Shown: positions 8,101 to 17,598 of the stretch, piece by piece
Numbering within the stretch: the stretch's first letter is position 1
How the letters are laid out: each line of letters opens with the position of its first letter
Assembly: GCA_029938215.1 (NCBI GenBank)
Contig: JAOZVJ010000002.1
Span: forward strand, 1 to 48,698
Source: Arcobacteraceae bacterium
Lineage (GTDB): Bacteria > Campylobacterota > Campylobacteria > Campylobacterales > Arcobacteraceae
DNA: 48,698 nucleotides
Reading direction: 5' to 3'
The notes under the pieces: generated by a model
Databases searched by the model: none
Told to the model about the DNA's origin: nothing
What the model saw: the letters and a program-made list of their open reading frames with translations, nothing else
Made by a program: the position numbers and the translations under genes

Positions 8101-9012
8101 ATGAGTGAAATTAGCGATACGGTTGAACAACTAACTCAAGCACATCTTAGGAATGTACAACAACTCGCAGTATTTTATACAGGACATGATGATATTTATG
8201 CGATTAATATAGCTAAAGTTAAGGCGTTTATTATCACTGAAGAAATTATGGTTAGTAGTACTCCTGCAGAATCAGAGGTTATCTCTGGTATTGCTACTAT
8301 TAGAGGAGAGCCTATTACATTAATAAATCTTGACAAATGGATAGGGCACAATGCTTTGCCTATTAAAGATTATAAACTTATTATATATTGCGAATATAAT
8401 CATAGAAAAGTAGGTTTTTTAATAAAAGATATGATTAATATTGTTGAAAAAACAACAGATGAACTTAATAATACAGAAGAGCAAAATAAAAAAATTACAT
8501 ATACTACTTATGTAGATGTTAAAGGTGAAAGTATGCTTTGTACTGTATTTAATGCAGAGCAACTTTTGGTAGATATTGGTTGGATGGAAACAGGTTCTGA
8601 TGTTTTGGATAAATATGTAAGACATCCAGTAGATAGAAAAAAAGTAATTTTAGCAGCAGAAGATAGTGCAGTAGCAAGAAAAGTTTTAATAGATTTTTTT
8701 GAGAAAGCTAATGCTAAATATGAGATATTTCCTAATGGAAAAGAGTTATTAAATAGATTGGAAGAAGCAGGAGCTAAAGATATAGGACTTGTTATTTCAG
8801 ATATTGAAATGCCAGAAACGGATGGATATCAGGTTCTTCAGGCTATAAAAGATAATTCAAAATATGCTAGCATACCAGTTGTTATAAATTCTAGTATGAC
8901 AACAGCAGCCGTTAAACATAAAATGGAACTTTTGGGAGCAGATGATTTTATCGGAAAAACAGATATTCCTTCATTGTATGATGTTGTTGTAAAACATATT
9001 GGAACTGTTTAA
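8101..9012 (+). CDS. cheV: Chemotaxis coupling protein CheV (CheW-like domain plus receiver domain)
   Basis: 303 aa. N-terminal CheW-like region, then a C-terminal REC domain (ILAAEDS...VISDIEMPETDGYQV...). Confidence 0.85.
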   Translation: MSEISDTVEQLTQAHLRNVQQLAVFYTGHDDIYAINIAKVKAFIITEEIMVSSTPAESEVISGIATIRGEPITLINLDKWIGHNALPIKDYKLIIYCEYNHRKVGFLIKDMINIVEKTTDELNNTEEQNKKITYTTYVDVKGESMLCTVFNAEQLLVDIGWMETGSDVLDKYVRHPVDRKKVILAAEDSAVARKVLIDFFEKANAKYEIFPNGKELLNRLEEAGAKDIGLVISDIEMPETDGYQVLQAIKDNSKYASIPVVINSSMTTAAVKHKMELLGADDFIGKTDIPSLYDVVVKHIGTV

Positions 9013-9022
9013 TATTTTAAAT

Positions 9023-9053
9023 AAAAAGAGTTGATTTTAAGTTAACTCTTTTT
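9023..9053. terminator. Bidirectional terminator between cheV and topA
   Basis: 10-bp stem AAAAAGAGTT (9023-9032) / AACTCTTTTT (9044-9053). It overlaps the topA stop codon. Confidence 0.6.
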
Positions 9054-11400
9054 ATTTATTGTTTGGTGTAGTTTTCTTTTTGCTAGTTGTTTTTTTAGCT
9101 GGTGCTTTTCTTCCTCTTTTTGCAGGTTGATTTTTAATTATATTCTTTACTTCATCTATAGTTAAAGCTTTAATATCTTGTTCATCAAGATTTTTAGGTA
9201 ATTTGAAATTCTTTTTCCCCTCTTTGATATATGGTCCATATCTTCCTATTAGAAGTTGAATTTTATCATCTGGAAAATCTTTAAGAAGTGCTTTTGCTTT
9301 TGCTTCTTTTGTTTCTTTAACAACAACTAATGCTCTAGGTAATTCTATTGTGTATGGATTATCTTCTTTTAAACTAAAATAATCAGTTCTTATTTGTATG
9401 TAAGGACCAAATCTTCCAATGTTCACCTTTATGTCATCTCCATTTTCATCCTGTCCCAATATTTTTGGTAACTGAAGTAATATAAGTGCTTCTTCCAAAT
9501 TTATTCTATCTACACTTTGATCTTTTGCTAAACTTGCAAACTTAGGTTTTATTTCTTTACCATTTTCATCTACATCATCTTTATGCCCAAGTTGCACAAA
9601 AGCACCATATCTTCCTGTACTTGCGTATATTTTTTTATTAGTTTTTGAATCAAGTCCAAGTTCTCTAGCTTCTGCAAATTTTGCACGAGGTGCATTTTCT
9701 TCTTTGTCTTCAATGGCTTTTACAAAATTACCATAAAATTCTTGCATTACGGTTTGCCATGTAATTTTGCCATCAGCAATTTTATCAAATTCTTCTTCAA
9801 TATGAGCAGTAAATCCTAAGTTTATAATATCTGGAAAATGTTCGACTAAAAAATCATTTACAACTTCACCAATTGGTGCAGGGGCAAGTTTTTTATCTTC
9901 TGTTTTTATAACATAATCTCTTGCTTGTATTGTTGATATTGTTGGAGCATAAGTTGATGGTCGTCCAATTCCTTCTGATTCCATTTTTTTAACCAAACTT
10001 GCTTCCGTATATCTCGCTGGTGGTTTTGTAAAGTTTTGTTCAGTTTCAAGATTTTCTAATTCTAAAATAGTATCTTTTTTTACATTTGGCAAAAACTTTT
10101 CCGTATTATCAAGTACTGCTTCTGGGTCATCACTACCTTCTGTATAAGATTTCATAAATCCAGCAAATACTATTTTTGTACCTTTTGCTTGAAATTCATA
10201 CTCACTATCTTTTCCGGCAATTATCTTATAAGTAGTATTTGCAACAATTGCTTGTGTCATCTGTGTGGCAATCGTTCTTTTCCAAATCAAACTATAAAGT
10301 CTAAATTGAGAATGGTCAAGATATGGCTGAACATCACTTGGCTTTAAATGCATATTTACCGGACGAATTGCTTCATGGGCTTCTTGAGCACCTTTTGATT
10401 TGCTTTTGTAATGTCTTGCTTTATCTAATGCATACTCACTGCCATATTCTTTAATAATAACTTCTTTTGCCATATCTGTAGCCGTTTTTGATAAATTTAC
10501 ACTATCTGTTCTCATATATGTAATTAAACCGCCAGTATGATTTGGAATCGCTACTCCGCCCTCATAAAGTTGTTGAGCCACAATCATAGTTTGTTTTACA
10601 CCAAAACCAGCTTTTCTACTTGCCTCTTGTTGTAAAGTTGAAGTTGTAAATGGAGGTGCTGGATTTCTTTTGCTTTGTTTTTCCTCAATATTATTTAATA
10701 GGTATTGCCCAAGTTCGCAAGAAGTCTTAATATCAGTAGCTTCTTTTTCATTTTTAACTTTTTTTGTTTTTCCATTTATTTTTGCTAGTTCTGCTCTAAA
10801 ATTTGGATTTGTAAAATCTAATTTTATTTTCCAAAACTCTTCTGGATTAAACGCTTTTATTTCTCTCTCTTTTTCAACTATGATTCGTACTGCTACACTT
10901 TGAACTCTACCAGCACTTAATCCATATCTTACTTTTTTCCAAAGAAGAGGACTCAGTTTGTACCCTACGGCTCTATCTAAAATCCTTCTTGCTTGTTGTG
11001 CATCTACTAAATGCTGATCTACTTCTCGTGGATTTTCTAAAGCTTCTAAAATTGCACCTTTAGTAATTTCGTGAAAAACTATCCTTTTAATAGTGTGTTT
11101 TTCAATTTTAAGTGCAGGAATTAAATGCCACGCAATAGCTTCTCCCTCTCTATCCTCATCGGCTGCTAGATAGATAACTGTATCTTTCTTGATTTGTTTC
11201 TTTAAATCAGCTATAACTTTTGTTTTATCTCTTGATACTTGATATTTTGGTTTAAAATTATCATCTGGATCAAAACCTAAAGAAGATTTTGGCAAATCTC
11301 TAACATGTCCCATAGAAGCCATAACAGTATAATCTTTACCTAAAAACTTTGATATAGTTCTTGCTTTTGCTGGTGACTCCACGATAACTAAATTTTTCAA
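9052..11400 (-). CDS. topA: DNA topoisomerase I
   Basis: 782 aa. TOPRIM N-terminus MKNLVIVESPAKA...DEDREGE and active-site region GLITYMRTDS. The C-terminus has three GR[YF]G[PA][YF] repeats and a Lys-rich tail. Confidence 0.95.
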   Translation of the reverse strand: MKNLVIVESPAKARTISKFLGKDYTVMASMGHVRDLPKSSLGFDPDDNFKPKYQVSRDKTKVIADLKKQIKKDTVIYLAADEDREGEAIAWHLIPALKIEKHTIKRIVFHEITKGAILEALENPREVDQHLVDAQQARRILDRAVGYKLSPLLWKKVRYGLSAGRVQSVAVRIIVEKEREIKAFNPEEFWKIKLDFTNPNFRAELAKINGKTKKVKNEKEATDIKTSCELGQYLLNNIEEKQSKRNPAPPFTTSTLQQEASRKAGFGVKQTMIVAQQLYEGGVAIPNHTGGLITYMRTDSVNLSKTATDMAKEVIIKEYGSEYALDKARHYKSKSKGAQEAHEAIRPVNMHLKPSDVQPYLDHSQFRLYSLIWKRTIATQMTQAIVANTTYKIIAGKDSEYEFQAKGTKIVFAGFMKSYTEGSDDPEAVLDNTEKFLPNVKKDTILELENLETEQNFTKPPARYTEASLVKKMESEGIGRPSTYAPTISTIQARDYVIKTEDKKLAPAPIGEVVNDFLVEHFPDIINLGFTAHIEEEFDKIADGKITWQTVMQEFYGNFVKAIEDKEENAPRAKFAEARELGLDSKTNKKIYASTGRYGAFVQLGHKDDVDENGKEIKPKFASLAKDQSVDRINLEEALILLQLPKILGQDENGDDIKVNIGRFGPYIQIRTDYFSLKEDNPYTIELPRALVVVKETKEAKAKALLKDFPDDKIQLLIGRYGPYIKEGKKNFKLPKNLDEQDIKALTIDEVKNIIKNQPAKRGRKAPAKKTTSKKKTTPNNK

Positions 11401-11517
11401 TCTAAAACCTTATATGAATATATTTATTTTTTTGAACGAAATAGTAGCATAAAAAAAATTAATTTTCTTTAATTGATTATTGGATATAATGAATTAATTT
11501 AAAAATAGGATATAAAA

Positions 11518-13458
11518 TTGTCACAACAATTACTTCAAAAACAAGCAGATACTATTAGATTTTTGGCTGCTGATATGGTACAACAAGCAAATAGCGGACA
11601 CCCTGGTGCTCCTATGGGTATGGCTGATATTGCTACGGTTTTAAGCAAGCATTTAAAATTAGACCCACAAAATACCAAATGGCTAAATAGAGATAGATTG
11701 GTTTTTTCTGGCGGACATGCTAGCAGTATGGTTTATTCACTTTTGCATCTTTGGGGATTTGATGTAACTATTGAAGATTTAAAACAATTTAGACAAACTG
11801 GGAGTAGAACACCAGGGCATCCAGAATATGGACATACTAGTGGAGTAGAAATTACAACTGGTCCTTTGGGGCAGGGTGTTGCAAATGCAGTTGGCTTTTC
11901 AATGGCAAGTGAATATGCAAAATATTGTTTAAATAGCGAAACTGCAAAAATAATAGATCATCATGTTTATTGTTTTTGTGGCGATGGAGATATGCAAGAA
12001 GGAATTTCTTATGAAGCTTGTGCAACTGCTGGACATCAAAAGCTTTCAAATTTAACTATTATATATGATTCAAATGATATTACAATTGAAGGCGATATTA
12101 GTATTGCTTGGAGTGAAGATGTTGCAAAAAGATTTGAAGCTATTAATTTTGATGTAGTAACTATAGATGGTCATAATTTTGATGCTATTGATAAAGCTTT
12201 TGCAGATAGTAGAAACAGTGACAATCCAACTTTAATAATAGCTAGGACTGCTATTGGAAAAGGTGCTGCCACATTAGAGGGTAGTCATCATACTCATGGA
12301 GCTCCCTTGGGACATGAAGAATTATGTGCTTCAAAAGATAAGGCTTGTTTTGATTCTAATGAATCTTTTGTTGTTTCTGATGATATAAAAAAAGCTTTTG
12401 ATAAAACTTCAAGCGGAGCGTTGTTAAGTAAAGCCTGGAATAAACTTGTAAAAAAAGATTTACCGTTAAGCGAACAAAATGAAACTTTAAATGCTTTATT
12501 AAATCCTGATTATTCAAAAATTCAATATCCTGATTTTAGTGAAATAAAAGAGATGGCAACTAGAGATTCAAATCATAAAATTTTAAATGCTATTGCTAAA
12601 GCTGTTCCGTCTTTTATTGGTGGAAGTGCAGATTTAGCACCATCAAATAAAACAGAATTGAATGGACTTGGAGATTTTCCAAAAGGAAGAAATATCCATT
12701 TTGGTATCAAAGAGCATTCAATGGCAGCAATAGTAAATGCTATGAGTATTTATGGCTTATTTAGAGTTTTTAGTGCAACATTTTTTATATTTAGCGATTA
12801 TTTAAAGCCAGCAGCTAGAGTAGCAGCTTTGGCAAATATACCTGCTCATTTTGTTTGGACTCATGATAGTATTGGTGTTGGAGAAGATGGTGCAACACAT
12901 CAGCCAATTGAACAACTTAGTCAATTTAGAGCATTGCCAAATTTTTATACTTTTAGACCAGCAGAAGCAACTGAAAATATAGAATGTTGGAAAAAAGCAT
13001 TAACTATGCAAGCTCCAACTGCATTTGTTTGTTCAAGACAAAAACTTAAAACTTTAAAACCTCAAAAAGAATTTGGTGAAGTTTCAAACGGTGGATATTT
13101 ACTTGCAAAGAGGGAAAATGCAACAGTTACACTTATGGCAAGTGGTAGCGAAGTAATGCTTTCTCTTATGACAGCATGCCATCTTGAAGATGATTTTGGA
13201 ATCAAATGTAATATTGTTTCTGTCCCTTGTTTTGACTTATTGTGTGAGCAAGATAAAACATACATAGATAAGATAATAAATCCAGATACAACCGTAATAG
13301 CAGTAGAAGCAGCATCTGCGATGGAATACTATAAATTTGCAGATTATGTTATAGGTATGGAAGGCTTTGGAGAAAGCGGACCAGCTGGAGAACTTTTTGA
13401 TAAATTTGGTTTTACAATAGATAAATTAAAATTAAAAATTAAAGAATTGATTAATTAA
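11518..13458 (+). CDS. tkt: Transketolase
   Basis: TTG start after AGGA. 646 aa with ANSGHPGAPMGMADIA, the ThDP motif GDGDMQEG, and HDSIGVGEDGATHQP. Confidence 0.95.
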   Translation: MSQQLLQKQADTIRFLAADMVQQANSGHPGAPMGMADIATVLSKHLKLDPQNTKWLNRDRLVFSGGHASSMVYSLLHLWGFDVTIEDLKQFRQTGSRTPGHPEYGHTSGVEITTGPLGQGVANAVGFSMASEYAKYCLNSETAKIIDHHVYCFCGDGDMQEGISYEACATAGHQKLSNLTIIYDSNDITIEGDISIAWSEDVAKRFEAINFDVVTIDGHNFDAIDKAFADSRNSDNPTLIIARTAIGKGAATLEGSHHTHGAPLGHEELCASKDKACFDSNESFVVSDDIKKAFDKTSSGALLSKAWNKLVKKDLPLSEQNETLNALLNPDYSKIQYPDFSEIKEMATRDSNHKILNAIAKAVPSFIGGSADLAPSNKTELNGLGDFPKGRNIHFGIKEHSMAAIVNAMSIYGLFRVFSATFFIFSDYLKPAARVAALANIPAHFVWTHDSIGVGEDGATHQPIEQLSQFRALPNFYTFRPAEATENIECWKKALTMQAPTAFVCSRQKLKTLKPQKEFGEVSNGGYLLAKRENATVTLMASGSEVMLSLMTACHLEDDFGIKCNIVSVPCFDLLCEQDKTYIDKIINPDTTVIAVEAASAMEYYKFADYVIGMEGFGESGPAGELFDKFGFTIDKLKLKIKELIN

Positions 13459-13905
13459 ATAAATGGAAATCATTAATAGTGCAGTTTTTTTGGGTTTCAA
13501 CAATTGCACTATTACTTGGAATTATACTCTACTATATGTTTCCAAGTAAAAATAGAAAAGATTTTTAATCTAACTAAAGAATAAGAATTTATTAAAAAAA
13601 ACTTAAAAATAAAAATTTATTAAAAAAACTAAAAAAATAAGATAAATCAATAACTTTTAATATAAAAGAAGATAAAATTTTGTTGGTTCCGTATATAAAA
13701 ACAAAAAAATTATGTAATTGTTTTGTTTAAAATATTTTGGACATATAAACAAAGTTAAAGTTTAAAATAACTTTTGAAATATGTTACTTAATGTAATACT
13801 TTTTTTAGTGTTACATTCTTTGATAAATTTTGATTTTTTTAAGATTACCTTAAAAAAAGTTAGGTTATACTTTTACTAAGTTCAAGTTAAATTTAAGGAG
13901 AAAAA

Positions 13906-15516
13906 ATGAAATTGAATAAGTTAGTTTTAAGTACTGTTGCAGCTGCAACTTTAATGAGTGTTAATGCTGTAGCATTTGATGCAGAAATATCATATGAGAG
14001 AGAATGTCAAGGTTGTCATGGACCTGCTCATCAAGGTGGTGTTGGTAGTGATATTAGACCTGATGTTATCAAGGGTAAAAATGCTCAAATGTTAGCTGAA
14101 ACCATTTTAGAAGGTAGAGCTGGTACAGCAATGCCTCCACACAATGCGATTTTATCTAAAGGTGACGCTTCGGCAATGGTTGATTATTTACAACATTTTA
14201 TGGGTAAAAAAGAGATGGTTTTAACTCTTGATGCTGTTAAAGCAAAATGGAGAACTTTTAACGACAGAATGAAATTATTTAAAAAATATCCAAAAGCTGC
14301 AGATGTATCTGATGCTAAAGATATTTGTTTTGTAACAGAGAGAGATGCTTCTAAAGTTACTTTCTTAGATGGTACAAAAGGTACAAAACTATCAACTCAC
14401 CCAGCTGGTTTTGCTGTGCATGTTACAGTTACAAATAAAAGACAGCCAAGATATGCGTACTCTATATCTAGAGACGGTCTTCTTACAATGTTTGATTTAA
14501 ATTCTAAAGGTCAGCAAAAAATTGCTGAAGTTAGAGTTGGATCTGAGTCTAGAGGACTTGCAGTTTCTCCAGATGGTAAATATGTTATGGCTGGTAACTA
14601 CACTCCAGGTGGAGCAGTACTTTGTGATGCTATGACTTTAGAGCCACTTAAAGTATACCCTACTTCAAGCGTAATTAATAACGAAGGTAACATTGAATCT
14701 TCAAGAGTTGCTTCAATTGCTGATACACCATATGGACCTTACTTTGCATTTGCACTTAAAGATGCTGGTCATGTTTATATCGTAGATTATTCTAAACCAG
14801 ATTTTCCAGTAGTTGGTGATATTCCAAATATTGGTAACATTCTTCATGATGCATTCTTAAATGAAGGTAAAGAAATCGGTAGATACTATATGATTGCTTC
14901 TCAAGGTTCTGATTTAATTGGTATCGTTGACTTTAAAACTAAATCTTTAGCTGCTAAAGTTTATACAGGTTCTAAAGCTAAGCCACATCCAGGTCAAGGT
15001 TCATCTTGGTACAATGAAGAATATGGACAATTGCATGCAACTGTTAATATGAATGTTGGTCAAGTAACAATCTGGGACAATAACTGGGATGTTGTAAGAC
15101 ATATACCAACAGGTGGAGGAGCTTTATTTGTAGGTACATCTGAGCATACACCTTGGATTTGGGCTGATAATGTATTAGGTGGACCAGCTAACTGGAATAA
15201 AGTACACTTAGTAAACAAACAACATTTAGAAGTTGATAGAATTATTGAAGTTGGTAAAAAAGAAGGTAAACTTATTGATGCTAAATCTCATAAAACTATT
15301 GCTTCTTGGAAAGTTCCTACTTCTAAAGTAGTTCCAAGAATTTTACATGCTGAGCCAGCAAACCATGGTCAATGGACTATGATTTCTGAGTGGAATACAG
15401 GTAGAATTGGTATCTATGAAGCTACTACAGGTAAATTTGTTAAGTATATCACAGGATTGACAACTCCTACATTTACTTACTCAATTGAGCATAGACAAAC
15501 TATACCAGGCGCTTAA
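13906..15516 (+). CDS. nirS: Cytochrome cd1 nitrite reductase
   Basis: RBS AAGGAG. 536 aa with a signal peptide, N-terminal haem c site CQGCH, then a long beta-propeller region with typical cd1 segments (FAVHVTV..., PHPGQGSSW). Confidence 0.9.
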   Translation: MKLNKLVLSTVAAATLMSVNAVAFDAEISYERECQGCHGPAHQGGVGSDIRPDVIKGKNAQMLAETILEGRAGTAMPPHNAILSKGDASAMVDYLQHFMGKKEMVLTLDAVKAKWRTFNDRMKLFKKYPKAADVSDAKDICFVTERDASKVTFLDGTKGTKLSTHPAGFAVHVTVTNKRQPRYAYSISRDGLLTMFDLNSKGQQKIAEVRVGSESRGLAVSPDGKYVMAGNYTPGGAVLCDAMTLEPLKVYPTSSVINNEGNIESSRVASIADTPYGPYFAFALKDAGHVYIVDYSKPDFPVVGDIPNIGNILHDAFLNEGKEIGRYYMIASQGSDLIGIVDFKTKSLAAKVYTGSKAKPHPGQGSSWYNEEYGQLHATVNMNVGQVTIWDNNWDVVRHIPTGGGALFVGTSEHTPWIWADNVLGGPANWNKVHLVNKQHLEVDRIIEVGKKEGKLIDAKSHKTIASWKVPTSKVVPRILHAEPANHGQWTMISEWNTGRIGIYEATTGKFVKYITGLTTPTFTYSIEHRQTIPGA

Positions 15517-15563
15517 TAGCATTTATTTTCTCTCTCTCTTTTTGAGAGAGGGAAGATATAAAA

Positions 15564-15602
15564 AAAGGTAAGAAGTACTTTTTGTACTTTTTGCCTTTTT
15601 TT
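15564..15602 (+). terminator. Rho-independent terminator after nirS
   Basis: 15-bp stem AAAGGTAAGAAGTAC (15564-15578) / GTACTTTTTGCCTTT (15584-15598; two G-U pairs), T5 loop and trailing T-run. A CT/GA-rich hairpin at about 15528-15555 precedes it. Confidence 0.8.
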
Positions 15603-15727
15603 ATTGTCGATTTAAAATTATAAACGGAAAATATAAATCATTGTATTTTAATTTTTTAATAAGTATAAAATGTATTTTAAAGTTTCTATTGTATAATTTC
15701 GAATAAACTAATTTTATAAGGAAAGTC

Positions 15728-16846
15728 ATGAAAATTTTTGGAATATTTTTTATCTTATTTTTATCTTTTTTAAGTGCTAAATATTTGGATACTAAAAGTT
15801 GTGCAGAGTGCCATGAGATGATTCATTATGAGCATACACATTCGATGCATCATAATTCATCTTTATTTAAAGATGAGTTTCATAGAAAAATTAAAGAAAA
15901 AACATATCCTAATAGTTATCTTTGTGCTTTATGTCATACGCCTGCTGCAAAAAATCTAAGAGCAGTTATTACAGGAAAAGAGCAACCAAGCCAAACAAAA
16001 GAACAATCTGATGGTGTTTCTTGTTTTTATTGCCATCAAATAAACAAAGTTCTTATTACAAAGCATGAAAATATAAATTTTTATGCTTTTTCTCCAGGCT
16101 CAAAACCAAAGTTTTTTGGAAACTTAAAAAATCCAGATACCAGTGATAAACATAAAAGCGACAGTACAAATAAAATTTATAAAAATTCTCAAGTTTGTAT
16201 GGGGTGTCATGGTAAAAAATTTAACAAATATGATGTAGAAATATGCAATGGATTAGATGAAAAAGGAAAAACAAGCGATTGTATAAGTTGTCATATGCCT
16301 AAATTTCCTGGAGGCACTACAAAACTTAATAAAAGAGGAAGAGAAGAATACACATCTCACGAGTTTCTTGGAATAAGATCTGATGAAATGATACAAAAAG
16401 CAGTTGAATTAAGTTTAAAAGTTTTGGATAAGAATTCGATACAATTAACAATAAAAAATAAAATGGGTCATTCTATAATAATGCAACCAATGAGATTAAA
16501 ATTTGCTCAAACTGAAATTGTAAGATTTGGAAAAGTAGTTTGGAAAAATTTTAAGAAATATCCAATAGAAGACAAAAAAGCAACTTTTACAATTCTTTTT
16601 AAAAACAATGATGGCAAGCAGGTTCTTCCTCCATCTGCAACTGGATATAAATATAAAAATAATTTAAAAGCAAATCAAGCAAAAGAAATTGTTTATAAAG
16701 TGCCAGAACTTCAAAAAGGTGATATTATAAAAAGTACTTGGATAAGTTATGTTTTAAGACCGGCTTTGGCAAAAACTTTAAAAATAACTGATAGGGAAAT
16801 GTTAAAAAAATATATTGGGACGAAAACTAAAATAGTTGTTAAATAA
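15728..16846 (+). CDS. Pentahaem c-type cytochrome with a haem-free C-terminal domain
   Basis: 372 aa with a signal peptide. All five CxxCH sites (CAECH, CALCH, CFYCH, CMGCH, CISCH) fall in the first ~190 aa. It has its own TATAAT (15692-15697) after the nirS terminator. Confidence 0.85.
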   Translation: MKIFGIFFILFLSFLSAKYLDTKSCAECHEMIHYEHTHSMHHNSSLFKDEFHRKIKEKTYPNSYLCALCHTPAAKNLRAVITGKEQPSQTKEQSDGVSCFYCHQINKVLITKHENINFYAFSPGSKPKFFGNLKNPDTSDKHKSDSTNKIYKNSQVCMGCHGKKFNKYDVEICNGLDEKGKTSDCISCHMPKFPGGTTKLNKRGREEYTSHEFLGIRSDEMIQKAVELSLKVLDKNSIQLTIKNKMGHSIIMQPMRLKFAQTEIVRFGKVVWKNFKKYPIEDKKATFTILFKNNDGKQVLPPSATGYKYKNNLKANQAKEIVYKVPELQKGDIIKSTWISYVLRPALAKTLKITDREMLKKYIGTKTKIVVK

Positions 16847-16866
16847 ATACTAATTTTATAATACTT

Positions 16867-16900
16867 GGAGGTAAATTTGTAAAAGTTACCTCCTTTTTTT
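16867..16900. terminator. Bidirectional terminator between the pentahaem cytochrome gene and the Sel1-repeat gene
   Basis: Stem GGAGGTAA (16867-16874) / TTACCTCC (16886-16893) followed by T7. Confidence 0.7.
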
Positions 16901-16911
16901 ATTGTAAAGTT

Positions 16912-17532
16912 TTAGTATTTTTCCAAATTAAATTCTTCCCACATTAATGATGCTTTTTTACTTCCAGTATCTTTTGCTTTTTTAATCCAAAAAGAAGCTT
17001 TTTTGTAATCAACCTTTGTTCCTTGACCACCAATATACATAAAACCCAAATTTAATTGAGCATTAATATTTCCAGCACTTGCAGATTTTTCATACCATTT
17101 TAGAGCCATTTTTAAATCAGGTTTAGTTCCTAATCCTCCAGTGTAAAGATATCCCAAATTATAAGCAGCTTCTGAATTCCCAGCATTTCCAGCTTTTTCA
17201 AACCACTTTAAAGCTTTTTTAAAATCTTGCTTTACGATAATCCCTGAGGCATAAATATTTCCTAACTTATTAAAAGCATAAATATTTCCAGCATTTGCAG
17301 ATTTTTCAAACCATACAAAAGATGTTTTTTGATTTTTCTCTATACCATCGCCATTTGCGTACATAATGCCTATATTTAACATTGCACGATTATCGCCTTC
17401 TTTTGATGCAATAAGAAAATTCTCAAAAGCTTGTTTAAAATTTTCTTTTTTATAAAGACTTAATCCGTCATCATAACTTCCGCCAAATAAATATGTGCAT
17501 ACTAAAACTGATGTAAACATTTTTTTCAACAT
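16912..17532 (-). CDS. Secreted Sel1-like repeat (SLR) protein
   Basis: 206 aa with a signal peptide. Tandem ~36-aa repeats of the type A..W[FY]EK[SA]A..GN..A...LG.[MI]Y..G.G (four to five copies). Confidence 0.85.
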   Translation of the reverse strand: MLKKMFTSVLVCTYLFGGSYDDGLSLYKKENFKQAFENFLIASKEGDNRAMLNIGIMYANGDGIEKNQKTSFVWFEKSANAGNIYAFNKLGNIYASGIIVKQDFKKALKWFEKAGNAGNSEAAYNLGYLYTGGLGTKPDLKMALKWYEKSASAGNINAQLNLGFMYIGGQGTKVDYKKASFWIKKAKDTGSKKASLMWEEFNLEKY

Positions 17533-17598
17533 TGATAAATTCCTTTTTAGAGATTTGTTGTAAATTTTTAAATTATATCCAAAAATACTAATATTTAA

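Noticed and set aside
13586-13640. A-rich near-repeats (AATTTATTAAAAAAA twice, 27 nt apart), considered as a minisatellite or CRISPR-like structure.
   Set aside because: There are only two short low-complexity copies in poly-A context. There are no spacer-repeat periodicity and no adjacent cas genes.
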